From assembly GCA_963693365.1 (NCBI GenBank), contig CAVNZM010000012.1:6336889-6400888 (forward strand): a stretch of 64,000 nt of DNA, read 5' to 3'. The number at the start of each line of letters is the position of its first letter. Position 1 is the first letter of the stretch. The notes below the pieces were generated by a model. The model made no database searches and was not told the origin of the DNA. It saw only the letters and a list, made by a program, of their open reading frames with translations. The translations under genes were made by a program, and so were the position numbers. Source of the stretch: Amoebidium appalachense (Eukaryota; Protista; Ichthyosporea). Below, piece after piece: positions 14,355 through 38,868 of this stretch.

Positions 14355-14428
<74 letters not shown>

Positions 14429-14673
14429 CTTTGTTTTTGTGTGCGTACACTGCATGAATGTGTATGTGTGACTGTGACCGTGACATTGTGTCGGTGAGTG
14501 TACATGTGGAAGCTAGGGGCTTGCTATTGTTTGGAAACGTGTGGAAGCTATTGGCTATTGTTTTGTTTTTTCCACCGTGCAACAACCTAGATTGGCACAG
14601 GGTTTACAGGTAGGTGTCTGAAAGGAAATGTGAGAAATGGAAGGAGGCTCGGGGGAGGTGGGGGCGGCGGTGG

Positions 14674-14705
<32 letters not shown>

Positions 14706-15054
14706 GTTTGTGTGTGGTTGCGGGGTAGGCAGGGTCAAGGGGTAGGGGTGGGGTGGGTTTATAATTTCCTCTATTTCATCTTTCAGCTACAAATATGGGT
14801 GGCATTAACGCACATTAATATGTAGCAAGCCCAGCAAGACAACAGAGCTTGACGTGAAGTCACGGCAATTGGTGTGGCCACCTGTTTGGTGCAAACGCCG
14901 TTTGCTGGGCTACGACCTATGCAAGACTTAGGAGTGTTGATTGTACATGAGGGAGTATCGAATAACGGAAACTGCATATGTGGATGTACATCCCCCCCTC
15001 CCCCCGGTCTCCCCCCCCTCCCCCCCCCCTCCCCCCCCCCCCCCCCCCCCCCCC

Positions 15055-15086
<32 letters not shown>

Positions 15087-15407
15087 AAAAAGAAAAAGAA
15101 AAAGAAAGGAAAAGAAAATAACCCCTCGTGCCACTCTGCCCCTTGCCCTCGTGCTCCTCTCCTTTCTTCTTCTACCCCCCCTTAATTTAAAGAGAAGGAG
15201 AAGAACAAAGGGGAAAACCTGGAAGCAGGGGAGGAAAAACAAACAAACCGCAATATGCCAAAGCAGCACATCACAGTGACTTTGCTTTACCAGTAATTGG
15301 CTATTTGGCTCATGCCCTCGCTTAAACCCCAAGAGGAATGAGTGGGGGGGGGGAAAGGACGGTCTCCCCTTAAGAACTTTCCCCCCCTTTCTTCCACGTG
15401 CACACAA

Positions 15408-15472
<65 letters not shown>

Positions 15473-15477
15473 CACAC

Positions 15478-15583
<106 letters not shown>

Positions 15584-15941
15584 GCTAGCCCACAGGCCAT
15601 CACGTGCACACATGCACGTGTGGTGTGATTTTGCATTGTGATCTGTCACATGCATTAATATTATGCTGCCTGGCGGTATTCGGCATTCCTTTTCGAATGC
15701 GGCTTGAGTCACGAAAAGCAGAGCAAAATACAGATTGACGACAGCAACTTGAAACGGTGTTAGAATATGTTGTGGTTGCTTCCTTCTAGTGCTTGGGGGT
15801 GAAAGGTGGGGGGTGCACGTGTGGCGATTGGGGGGAGGGGGGCAGGGGGGGGAGGGGGGGAGAGAGGAGGGCGGAAGGGAGGGGAAGGGGGGGAAAGGGG
15901 GAGGGGAGGAGGGGTCTGCCTGTCGGACTCTGTGACCGTTG

Positions 15942-16255
15942 GTCAAACCATGTATATTTTGTCTGTACTTTGTCAAACCATGAATTCTTGTCTGTATCTT
16001 TCGTGAAACCATGTATATTATGTCTGCACTACATAGTATTTTGTCTGTACTACATAGTATTTTGTCTGTACTACATAGTATTTTGTCTGTACCTTTCCTC
16101 AATGAACCATGTATAGGTTGTTTGTATCTTTTGTCAAACCATGTATAGGTTTTTGTATCTTTTGTCAAACCCGGTATATATTGGTTCTGTAACTTTCGTC
16201 AAACCATATAAGGTTTAAATTTGTCTGTAACTTTCGTCAAACCATGTACATTTTG
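15942..16255. repeat. Minisatellite (~30-38 bp unit GTCAAACCATGTATATTTTGTCTGTACTTT, with an internal 21-bp x3 sub-array)
   Basis: About 8 degenerate AAACCATGTA..TTGTCTGTA units. TACATAGTATTTTGTCTGTAC is repeated three times at 16030-16092. Confidence 0.85.
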
Positions 16256-16418
16256 TCAGGCAACCACCATTGATTGGGCTCTGTTTGTGTGTAAGATCGG
16301 TGTTTGAAGTCTTGTTTGTGATTGCCCTTTAGCCTAAGCAGAGTCGGCCTCATTTATGAACAATGTGTTGCCCCCCCTCCCCCCCCCCCCCCCCCCCCCC
16401 CCTTTCCCCCCCCCCCTC

Positions 16419-16451
<33 letters not shown>

Positions 16452-16770
16452 AACACACACGTGTACACATACAAAACCCACCCGGTCAAGTAAAAATTTA
16501 AGATGATTTAGGCTATAGTCCCTGAAAAAATAAGATATTTAGCTCCTCAAAGTACCCATGGTCTTAATTTCAGTCACCCCCTGTGGACCATTTCCGTAAG
16601 TCTTATGACATTTTCTCGAACATTTCCTCCCAGTTTGATTTCCGTACAATTCCGTGCAGTCATTTGTAGGCCACTTCCTTACTCTTCAAACTCATCGCAT
16701 CACTGACTGATTCTCTTTTTCCTTCTGGGTGACATTATGATGGTCGACGTCTGTGTGCGTGTGTGGGCAG

Positions 16771-16801
<31 letters not shown>

Positions 16802-16819
16802 GGTGGGTGGGTGGGGGGT

Positions 16820-16866
<47 letters not shown>

Positions 16867-16993
16867 AGCGAGAAAATCTCCCTATATCTCTCGACATTTT
16901 CATTCATTTCCAATATTCCAATAATGTGTTCTTGGTGCATGTGTGCCTGAGTGAGCGAGTGAGTGAGTGAGCGCTTGAGTGAGTGAGTCAGTG

Positions 16994-17037
<44 letters not shown>

Positions 17038-17038
17038 C

Positions 17039-17070
<32 letters not shown>

Positions 17071-17542
17071 CGTGCGTGCTTGTGTGCGTGAGCGCGTTTG
17101 CGTGTGTTTGGATACAGCAGTAGCACTACAGTATATATCGTGCCGTGTCCGCATGAATTGAGTTGTTTCCAGTTTCATTTCATGAGCAGCTAGGTTCCAA
17201 TCCCTGTGTGTCCGCTGTGTATATCACAGCACATGTGTACACTCTGTTTCTAAGGCTGGGTAGACTTGTTTAAACTACAGGGAGGAGGGAGGGAGGGAGG
17301 GAGGTAGGGATGAAGGGAGGGAGGGAGGGAGGGAGGGATTAAAAGGCACAAAGGTCGGGAAAGAGCACAAGGTCCTGGAGGAGAGGAGGGTAGTAGGGCA
17401 ACGAGAAATTTCAAAGAGAGAGAACACAAGCAAATAAACAGACTGGCACAGACTCAAACCGTACAAACATATTCCATGACAGCATTTTTTGACCTCAGCA
17501 TACCGTGCTGACTGAATTTGACAGGGCACTCCACGTACACAG

Positions 17543-17972
17543 TGTTGGAGTGCAGACTTACGCTCACTCCACAATATGTGTATGTTAGCTTTACAATTGG
17601 TTCCGTGTACACAGACACACGCTGACACTCGATCACCACATGCACATCTGCATAGTTGAGGAATGTTGCCAATTGTGTTTTGACTGCAAACGATTGGTTC
17701 ACTGGTCCCAGAGATCTCTAAATGAAAGTAACCAATCCGATTAGCGCCTGGCATCCGGATTACATTCCAGACTGCTGCCCCACGGGTATATAAACCACGG
17801 CTCTGCCAGGTGCAGAAATGGAGTTCAGACATGGAGTTCAGACATGGAGTTCAGTCATGGAGTTCAGTCATGGAGTTCAGTCATGGAGTTAACACACTGA
17901 AAGCAGTAAAAAACGGGTCAGCGCCCAAGCGCGCCACGACGACCCTAGTCACAGCGGACTCTACTTCCAACA
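17543..17972 (+). repeat. 5' LTR
   Basis: TG...CA termini with a 7-bp inverted repeat, TATATAAA near 17786, and a 13-bp tandem ATGGAGTTCAG(A/T)C x5-6 at ~17818-17890. Confidence 0.92.
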
Positions 17973-18192
17973 GGGTTATGGGCCCAGACACGACACCGCG
18001 GCCTCTAACTTCATTAGAGACTTTCGCTTCCACAAACTCCATCCGCAGCAGCCTGCGACATCAACGTCAAGTATTCCACTTCATTGGCGGGGCACGCACC
18101 ACAGTGGAATGCACACCCCGGTCTACCCTGCAAGCAGCCACACTCACTCTCTCTTCTCTAGTGGTGTGTACACTTCTCCAATTGGGTAGGGG

Positions 18193-18622
18193 TGTTGGAG
18201 TGCAGACTTACGCTCACTCCACAATATGTGTATGTTAGCTTTACAATTGGTTCCGTGTACACAGACACACGCTGACACTCGATCACCACATGCACATCTG
18301 CATAGTTGAGGAATGTTGCCAATTGTGTTTTGACTGCAAACGATTGGTTCACTGGTCCCAGAGATCTCTAAATGAAAGTAACCAATCCGATTAGCGCCTG
18401 GCATCCGGATTACATTCCAGACTGCTGCCCCACGGGTATATAAACCACGGCTCTGCCAGGTGCAGAAATGGAGTTCAGACATGGAGTTCAGACATGGAGT
18501 TCAGTCATGGAGTTCAGTCATGGAGTTCAGTCATGGAGTTAACACACTGAAAGCAGTAAAAAACGGGTCAGCGCCCAAGCGCGCCACGACGACCCTAGTC
18601 ACAGCGGACTCTACTTCCAACA
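18193..18622 (+). repeat. 3' LTR
   Basis: Copy of 17543-17972 at offset 650. No differences seen by eye. Confidence 0.92.
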
Positions 18623-19110
18623 ACAGCACACTAAGTCGATTAAAGAAGACAGTGCCATTTCAAGCATAAACCCCATTACCTTAAGGTAGGATAGACAAAA
18701 TTGAGTTATCTAGACAACCTCGACAGAATCTGATGCTTTCCAGCAATCAGATACAATGGATGTCAGACAAGCCTTCGTCTTCTGTATTCAGAGCATCATT
18801 TTACAACCACGCATTACAACCCCTCTGGTCATACCAAAGTGCCTCGTATTATGTTAGCAATATATAATGCAAGTGCCAATGCACAGGAAATCGTTTCAGC
18901 ACTACCCTCGTTGATGTTGACGCACACACCACAGGCACCACCTAAGATCACAGATCGTAAACAGTTGTGGCGCGAACTATGCAATGGACACAGTTCCTAA
19001 TTTACCAATGCCGAGGGCTACAAGTTTTGATTAGTCCACTATGTGTGTTGGGTATGGGTGTCAATGGGGGCACACGAGGAATGAGAGTAGCACTAGCCAA
19101 CTCCAATTGT

Positions 19111-20745
19111 TCAATAAGCCAGACCAAACACGTTGACGATGCAAACCATGGATTTGTTCTCCCATCGCACCGTGCACATGCCTGCAGGGATGTATCCAGT
19201 TTGTTAGGTGGTCTTGGCCTTGGTGCAGGTCCTAGTCTAAGAACAAGTTGAAATATCCGCACTTCACGTTGTGTTTGCGTGCATGTGCGTGTGCAGGGGT
19301 GTAGCCGTGAGTGCGCATGCTCACTGCCATTGTGTATGTGCATGGCATGTGTATGTGCAGGTGTATGTGTGTGTGCCTGCACATGTGCTTAACCTCAATG
19401 TTTCGAAGGCCAGAATCAGCAGGTTTGAGACTATGAAGCACATCAATACAATCGGTCACAGCGGACAAAAATGCAAATAGAACAATGGAGCCTATTGGAG
19501 AATGAGAGCCAATGGAAGAATAGGATAATAAATACAAAGTTATCCATAGCTCTGATAATCGATAGTAACACTCGCACATACTTTGAATAGGTAATAGGTT
19601 TACCACCATATTCTTACAGATAGCGGGGGCCTTGCCCAGCTCCTTAAGCTTCGGCATCACTGGATCAATTAGCGCAGAGCAAAGCCCAAAGTAATGCATA
19701 TATGTCATTATTTATGTGCCGTAGAAAAAAAAAAAAAGAAGAAGAAAAAGAAGAAGAAAAGAAAAGGACGATGTGTTCCCACCCATACGCATTTGCATGT
19801 GTTATGAACACGCAATTTGCGCTTATTTTGTGTTATGCCATTAGATCTCCGTAAACATCCAGCAAATCGGACTACGCAATGACAGGGGTAGGGTATATAT
19901 AAAGTTTGCGAACTAAAGGCTCTGGCACAGGAATCATCTTCGGGATTTAATTAGATTGTAGCTGGCTAGCCCCCACGGCACAGATATATATATATATATA
20001 TATATTTAGATTATTTCCTGTTGTCCCTGTGGGCTTGATGGGGTCTAGAGACTATCAAATAACACCGTATAACATATTGGAGATAAGATCCTATCTGGTC
20101 GATCTGCTGATACAGGGATGCCAAATTAAAGACGGTTTCTTTTAGCCCGATTAATTGGCCACATTCCAGCACATCCGGGTCAAGCCATATAAATCAAGAT
20201 TTTGAACTGCAATCTTCTTCCTAATGCTTGGTTGTTGTTCTTTTTTTTTCTTTCTTTTCTCTCTCTCTCTCTCTTTGGTTGGTTGTATCCGCCATGCTGC
20301 CGGCAAAACGTGTCGGTTACCAGGACCGGCTCTGATGCCCAGCAGGCCAGTCACATATCTGGAAACCCCTCTGACCCGATCCGACCCGGAATCCTAAAAG
20401 AAACACCTCTTAAAGATAACGTGAATTTCGGCTCTACCCAGCTAGGATCTTATCTCCAGAGGCCGTACAAGTGTGGCCCACCAGGACGATTGTCACAGTA
20501 GGGTTGAGTGTGGAGGTTTGGCGTTTGATTGTGGGGGTGGGTGGGTGTGGTTTTGGGTGGATGTGGGTGCGGGTGCAATGTGGGTGTATTAGTGTTACAG
20601 GCAGGTGATCAGGTGTGCTTGCGCATGCAAATGTGCTTGTGTCTGAGCGTGCATGCGCGTATGGGGAAGGGGGTTCGGAATCATCTGAGAATGTGTTGCA
20701 GAATAAGAAGTAGCTTTTGACGGACAGCACAACGCAGCAAATCCT

Positions 20746-20778
<33 letters not shown>

Positions 20779-20783
20779 GGGGA

Positions 20784-20819
<36 letters not shown>

Positions 20820-21675
20820 GCCATTCACATGAAGGGGATGGGAGGATGGGTAGAGCTATTTCTTTTTCTCCTTCCACTTGTTTTCGAGATGGAGAGGGAA
20901 GGGGTTGTTGATGGTGGGCAGCATACCGTCTGTGCTGCCGTCCCAGTGGCTGGCAGTGGTGCTGTGAAGGCCCCCGCCAGACTTTTGTGCAATCGTGCAC
21001 GTGACTGCGGAGATCAAACACGTGTATGTGTGTACCCGTGTGTGTGAGCAACACCCAAACTCGAAAACGAATCGCTGTATACCAGATCCCCATCCCCTGA
21101 AATTTGGTTGTAGCTGGTTGGAATAAGATTGTAGTGCGCTTGGCGATGGGCTAGATATCGACAAACAGAATGCCAATATGCAACCAGCCAATTACCTGCA
21201 TCTCATCTGGGAACATAATCTTCAGGGGTAACCATTGGGTCACAGTTTGTCACAGTTTTCTCGTCATCTGTTGCATTAGGTTGCTGACGTCATTAATTTG
21301 ATGTGGGGTACGATCACAATTGCTCTCTAGGAGGAAATGCTGAGTCTATAGTCCGTCCCTAGGTAGACATGTGAAGCAAGTAACTTTTGTTGTGAGGTGG
21401 AGCCCAAAATTCAGTTTACCAATAAATATGTTATTTTAGAAAGAGTTAGAAAGTTGGGCTAATGGCTAAAAGGTTCTGGTGTTTAAAAGTAATCCTGGTA
21501 ATTGCTGTTTTTGGGTCATTCACAGAGTCACACTTACGACCAAATAGAGATCAAAACGCCTTTTTTGTCTAGTTTCAGCTTTACGATGGGCAGTTCCGGT
21601 TTGGGGTTTACTCTCTGTGTGTGTGTGCGCGCATGTGTGTGTGCGCGTGCGTGCGCTTGTGCGTGTGCATGTGTG

Positions 21676-21712
<37 letters not shown>

Positions 21713-21828
21713 ACACCTGTGCGCCTCGCGTGCGTGTGTGTTCATATAGGTCTATATGTGGTTCCGCCACATCCCTTCTCAACCAGGCATCGACATGACT
21801 CCTTTTCCTCTCCCCCCCCCTCCCCCTC

Positions 21829-21859
<31 letters not shown>

Positions 21860-21864
21860 ACACA

Positions 21865-21919
<55 letters not shown>

Positions 21920-22064
21920 TTGTGTCTCCCTTCCGTGCCCATGCACGTACGTAGTGTACACTACATGACCCAACAAGTGACATATGTAAATCACAAGCGC
22001 GAGGAAATCTCTGGCATGCCAAGGAGGAGGGGGAGGGAAGTGGGGGACGGAAGAAAGGGGGGAG

Positions 22065-22099
<35 letters not shown>

Positions 22100-22317
22100 T
22101 ACCAATAAGCTTGTAGTTGAGAGAAAGAGCCTTGAGGTCAGTCAGGGTCTTTTCTGTGATGTCCCTAATGAGATCATTGACGGTGGTGTGGTTGTAGGCG
22201 CTGCTGTGCTGCAGCATCGAGTTGACCACCTAAACCGTAAACCACATGTATCAGTGAGGTGTGTTCCACCAGCAAAAGCCAAAAAGAAGAAGAGGGGTGT
22301 CCGTTCAAACAGCAAAA

Positions 22318-22348
<31 letters not shown>

Positions 22349-24599
22349 ATTCCGGAGGAAAAAAAAAAAAAAAAAAAAAAAAAGAAAGAAAGAAAAAAAA
22401 AACACCGCAGTGGTGGTAGACACGAATTCATGTGCCATACTGTGTGTCTGAACACAACAGATGCGATAGGTGGGCACTTGCGTGCAGTGGTATAAGCGGT
22501 AGTGTGTGGCTCCTTGCACAGTGGTGTAGCCGGAAAAGCCGGATGCATTAGAAACTGTATCTTCAATGAGAAGGCACACTTTGTTTTTCGCAATTTTGAA
22601 CCCTTCGCACCAGTCCAAACCCCCTCGACCCTTCATTTAGAGGAAAGCCGATTCTTTGCGCTATCGTGCGGAGCCATTCGTTTGTTTTAGCGACATGCAA
22701 ACAGAAGAACGTTTTCTATTGATTTCAGATTAACGAACTTTCTTCGCTAGATGATTGAATCCAAAGTTGGGAATTGATTAAAATTGATCATCTAATCAAT
22801 CTGGTCCCATACTGAACTATAAAATTATATTGTATGCTAACCTTGGGATGTTAAAGTCAGGTAAATCGATGCTGATTGAACTTAAACTTCCTGTCTTCTC
22901 GTGGAAGATACTTAATTAAAACGACAGTGGGTTTTTGTTCTATCCCCCCCTCCCCCCTCCCCCCCAAAAAGCCCAACCACCAAAACAAGAAGGGGGAAAA
23001 AAGCCCTCCTTCAAACACCACAAACACATAACACCCCGTCTCCCCCTCCCCCCTCCCCCCCCCCCCCCCAAAAAAAGAGAGAAACACTGGGGTGCACCTA
23101 AGTATAGGGTGCCCACATGCAAGCATGCAGACCAATCACGGCCAGTCACATGGATATAATGGTTGGATAAGCTGTGTGCAACTGGTGTGGAGGGAGAGGG
23201 GGAGAACGAAGGGGGAGGGGGAGGGGGGAGGGGGAGGGGAAATGGGGAGATAAAGAGAGAGGGAGGGAGGGAGGGAGTGAAAGATGGAAGGGGAGAGGGG
23301 AGGGGGGGGTGACGGAGGGAGAGATGGAGCGTGGGTGGGTGGGAGAGACGGAGGGAAGGAGTGAAGAACGGACAGTCAGTTGGCGTTTGGCATCAGGCAT
23401 GGCTTGAGAAATGGAACATCCACATATCTCCCTCCCCACCCCCACCCCCCACTCCCCTGCCCCCCCATCTCTCTCTTTCTCCACAAAGGCCTTTGTCCAA
23501 GAACACACACCTTGTGACCCAGGCTCCCTGAAGGGAAAAATCATGCCATCGCATTTGCGTGTGTGAGCGCACAGACTTGCACTGACACGTGCCTTCCCTC
23601 AAATGTGCGAACGCACGAGTTTGCGCGTTTGTGAACATAGTCAGAAAAAAGGGGTTGGAGGGGGAGATGAGGAGAGAGTGAGCTTGTATATTTGTGCGCG
23701 TGTGTGTGTAGGCGAACAAAGGTACGCGACAGTGTGAGTGTGTCTGTGATATGGGTGTGCATGTGTGTGTGCCTGCACGTGACTGTGTGCCGGCGTGCAT
23801 AAAAGCTTGTCAGATGCAGTCATAGAGCTGCAGATGTTGGTAGAGGTAGGTAAAGTTATTATTTATGTTGTATGTGGACCTGTGTGCGTTTTTGCCGGAT
23901 ATTGACGAGTCGACAAGGTAAAAAGCACAACGGGGGGGAGGAAAAGGGGGGGGTTTGGAGGGAGAGGGGGTGGCCGTGACAGTACGTACCTCTTTAACTG
24001 CATTGTTGACCTTCTCGAAGGGGAAGGTGCTCCTCGCCTAGAAAACATGCAAGTTATTGGCTTACATTCCTGTCCTAGCAAGAAAGGCCAGGGAACGAAA
24101 CCATGCTATCACTTTAACCATGAAGGGGACTAGGGCTTCAAATTTAGCTGCTGGCCTTGAGATGAACCCGAGGCAAAAAAAAATTCTAAGTTTTCCAGCC
24201 CTCTAGTTCCCTTGTTGACCAAGCCGAGCCCTTTTCTAGCATGTCAATTTGACTTTACTAGTTGGCTTTTATCAAGCGCTAGCCTGCCAGGGAAAACAAA
24301 TCAAAAATGGGTACAGCGATGTTGTCGCTTTCGCAAATGTTAAGGGGAAGAAGTTTGTGCTGAAGCTATTTGTGCTTCTTTCTGGTAACTTTCTATAGGC
24401 ATATAAATCTCATACCAGCCTGACCACCATGCATATGCAACAAAGCAGCACAACAACCCACCAGTACCACTGGCCCACCACCCTCCCCCCATCCTACACG
24501 CCCATGCACAGTTGTGCACGTCATACCCTCGCAGGACACATGTTCGCTACATCAAGAAGATGCAAGCGAAAAATGGTTGTTGTTGTGAAAGAGAAAAGG

Positions 24600-24633
<34 letters not shown>

Positions 24634-24767
24634 CTAGCCTTGCCCAGAAAAACGGCACCACAAACAGCAGCTAAGCTACATACAATCTTCAAAGGCAAGT
24701 TAGAACACAAACATCTCCTCTTTGATCACGGTGACCGGCTCACCTGCACTGGCTCCTCTCCGCTCAT
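19111..24767 (-). CDS. DYNLT1: Dynein light chain Tctex-type 1, 5 exons, 115 aa
   Basis: Exons 24767-24744, 24037-23990, 22229-22103, 21004-20927, 19181-19111, all GT-AG and phase-consistent. Product: [115 protein letters not shown]. The GLH...[20 protein letters not shown] pattern is the Tctex1 signature. Confidence 0.95.
20078..20458. mobile_element. MITE-like element with 21-bp terminal inverted repeats, in DYNLT1 intron 4
   Basis: TGGAGATAAGATCCTATCTGG (20078-20098) and CCAGCTAGGATCTTATCTCCA (20438-20458) are reverse complements with 1 mismatch. The interior is non-coding and no TSD is evident. Confidence 0.6.
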
Positions 24768-25406
24768 GTTGACCTCGGATCTTAGCAAACCATATGTATG
24801 TATCTTTATAAAGGCTCGAATGTCATCGGCTTCTCATTGGTGCTTCAGGCACAGTTGCTTCAAGGAAGCAGGATTTTTTTCCGAACTCCCACCCGATGTC
24901 TGTCCGCTTACAAACTCCTTTCCAATGCTTTTGCAATCAACAGACGTGAAAGAAAGCTTTCCTCTATGGTTATTCAGGTGGTCCTTCGACATGCATGCTC
25001 TTTTTGCACTGGATTATTGTTTATTCCACAAACAGGTACACACCTGTTCAGTACACTCTGCCTTTCTATCTACATGGATCTGCATGCACTCGAAGTCACT
25101 GCCAAAAATAGACTAATCCATGGAGATTTACTGCGCCAATCACTGAACGGGATGCAGTGTGTTGCGTAATTCAAGAAAAAGGGCGCGAAAACTTGGGGGG
25201 GGGGGGGGGGGGGGACCGCCACCATAAATATATATAATAAAACAATAAAAAAAGTAGGAATATTCAGGCTACTATTTTTTTTGTTTTATAAATAATATAG
25301 CGACCACTGTACTGCACACTAAGGATTAGAACGGTCGTGCTACGAAGGAACGAGAACTTGTCTTTGCTGGAGTGTGTGCGGACTGCTTGCAGGTTGACCG
25401 AACAAC
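24768..25406. promoter_or_regulatory. Probable bidirectional promoter region between DYNLT1 and the FLASH-like gene
   Basis: Divergent start codons ~640 bp apart. The interval is nearly free of microsatellites and has an AT-rich TATA-like patch at ~25224-25300. Confidence 0.5.
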
Positions 25407-29619
<4,213 letters not shown>

Positions 29620-30780
29620 GAGAGAGAAGGCCTGGCTGCTTTATTCGAAGGGACCCCCCTTTTTTTTGTGTGTGTGTAATGTTGTCGTTAAGTTGTTGTT
29701 GTTTTGTTTTGTTTTGTATTGTATTGGACGTTTCCTCTTAAAGTTTTCTGTGCAATAAATGGTAGTTTTTTTTTTGTTCTGTTTTATTTTTGTTGTTTGG
29801 GAGGGGGGGGGGGGGGGGGGAGGGGGGGGGGGGGGGGGGGGCAGGGCTATTTGTTCTAAACTCGAATGATACGTGAATTGGATTAATTCTATTCTGTGTT
29901 GTCCGGCCGGTACCATGGGTGCTTGGCTTTTTTTTTTTGGTTCCAGCTGCAGGTGCACATGATATATCGAATGTGCTCTGTATGGTTGCCAAGATAAGGT
30001 GTGCTAAAGAAAACGAATGAGCAAGAACGTCACTACATAATTGAGCGAATAAACGGCTGCGAATGAACAATCTGCCAAGCCTAGGAAATGTTCTCTCGTT
30101 CTAATAGACTCTCCTCAGCTCTTATTGTCACACGCACATGCGCGTGCGCGCACATACACACACCTACACACACACGGTGGACATGCACACATACACCACA
30201 AGTGTTACCCTCCCCCCCCCCCCTCGCTCCCCCTCCCCCTCCCCCCCCCCAACACACACACACACACACACAAACACACATGCACACACGCACACACTGT
30301 CTCTCTCCCTCCCTCTTCCCCCCCCCCCCCCCCCCCCCCCTCCCCTACCCCCACCCCAAACATCCATCTATGATACCTAGATTCACGATCACCAGGCCAC
30401 TCCTGCGCATCAACACATATGCATTTCCATTAGTGGATATATACTGGTATTAGCTAGACGGTTCATTTTTTTTAGATACCTGATACCCAGTGACTGACTG
30501 GACACAGATGCATTATGATAGACGTGAAACCCATTTGATACTTGATCTAATATCTGCCAGTACTAGTACTAGGCTGGGGTTTTTGAGACTACGCTTATAT
30601 AAGGCATCATGATCGGGATTGTTGTTGGTGTGTTTAGGCGTATCGATTGGGGTGGAAACATGGAAAAAACTGAGTTGATGTTTTTTCCAGGTTGAATGGG
30701 GCGAAGCGGCTCTAGATCCTATGTTTCAGCTGCAGAGAATAACCCTACCTACGCTCAGCCTGGACGGGCTTTGCCACCAT

Positions 30781-30832
<52 letters not shown>

Positions 30833-31523
30833 GGGCTATAGCGGGTTGCTCGGTAGACCCTTGTGAGGGGCGGAGGGGGGGGGGGGGGGGGGGGGGGGGA
30901 GTGTAGATAAAGTTTCTGATTCTTAATTTTTTGAAGAATATTTGCATTGATTACTCGGTATACAGGATGCACGCAATCAGTCAGGCTTGTTCTCAACCCC
31001 CCTCCCCCCCCCTCAGCTCTCCCCCCTCTCCCGGTTTGTCAGGTAGCCCGCTCCGAATATGAAGTTCTTCCATGATCAGCAACCTGGCTGTTCATTGATC
31101 TTAATAAACATGTACATATTTTATTGGTCAGCGCCGAAGCGAGTCACACATTCAACATGATCCCTGATCATCCGCAAGTGTGCCAACAAAAAGGCCTAGC
31201 CTAATACCTATTGCTTACCGATACTATGGCATGGGCTCTAAGGGGATGGAAACCATATCATAAAACAGTAAGAAATACAGAAAAGGCAGAAAAGCCAAAG
31301 TAAAAGAACGGCACGTCTGCACCAACGACTCACATGCATACCCGGTTGCTATGCTAATGGGCTCGACATGCTTCTCAACCCTCCAAGTAGCCGAAGGACT
31401 GCCTAATTATCCATCAGGCTAAGTACCCATCTAAAGGCTATTACTTGACTAACCTAGGACTATCCCAAGATTTGGTCTACTTCAAGGCTAGCTACATAAT
31501 TGATAGTACCCAATGAGCTATAT

Positions 31524-38868
<7,345 letters not shown>

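Larger units (their letters stand above)
17543..18622 (+). mobile_element. Non-autonomous Copia-type LTR retroelement (TRIM-like), 1080 bp
   Basis: Two 430-bp direct repeats (17543-17972, 18193-18622), each TGTTGGA...TCCAACA. The Copia-type PBS GGTTATGGGCCCAG follows the 5' LTR and the purine-rich tract GGGTAGGGG precedes the 3' LTR. The interior is 220 bp and non-coding. ACAG flanks both ends (4-bp TSD). Confidence 0.93.

Noticed and set aside
15942-16255. CRISPR-like appearance of the ~30-bp repeated unit
   Set aside because: The units are adjacent and degenerate with no unique spacers, there are no cas genes, and the context is eukaryotic. It is a minisatellite.
17275-18669. ORFs of 64-185 aa overlapping the LTRs
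   Set aside because: They show no gag/pol motifs and are duplicated only because the LTR is duplicated.
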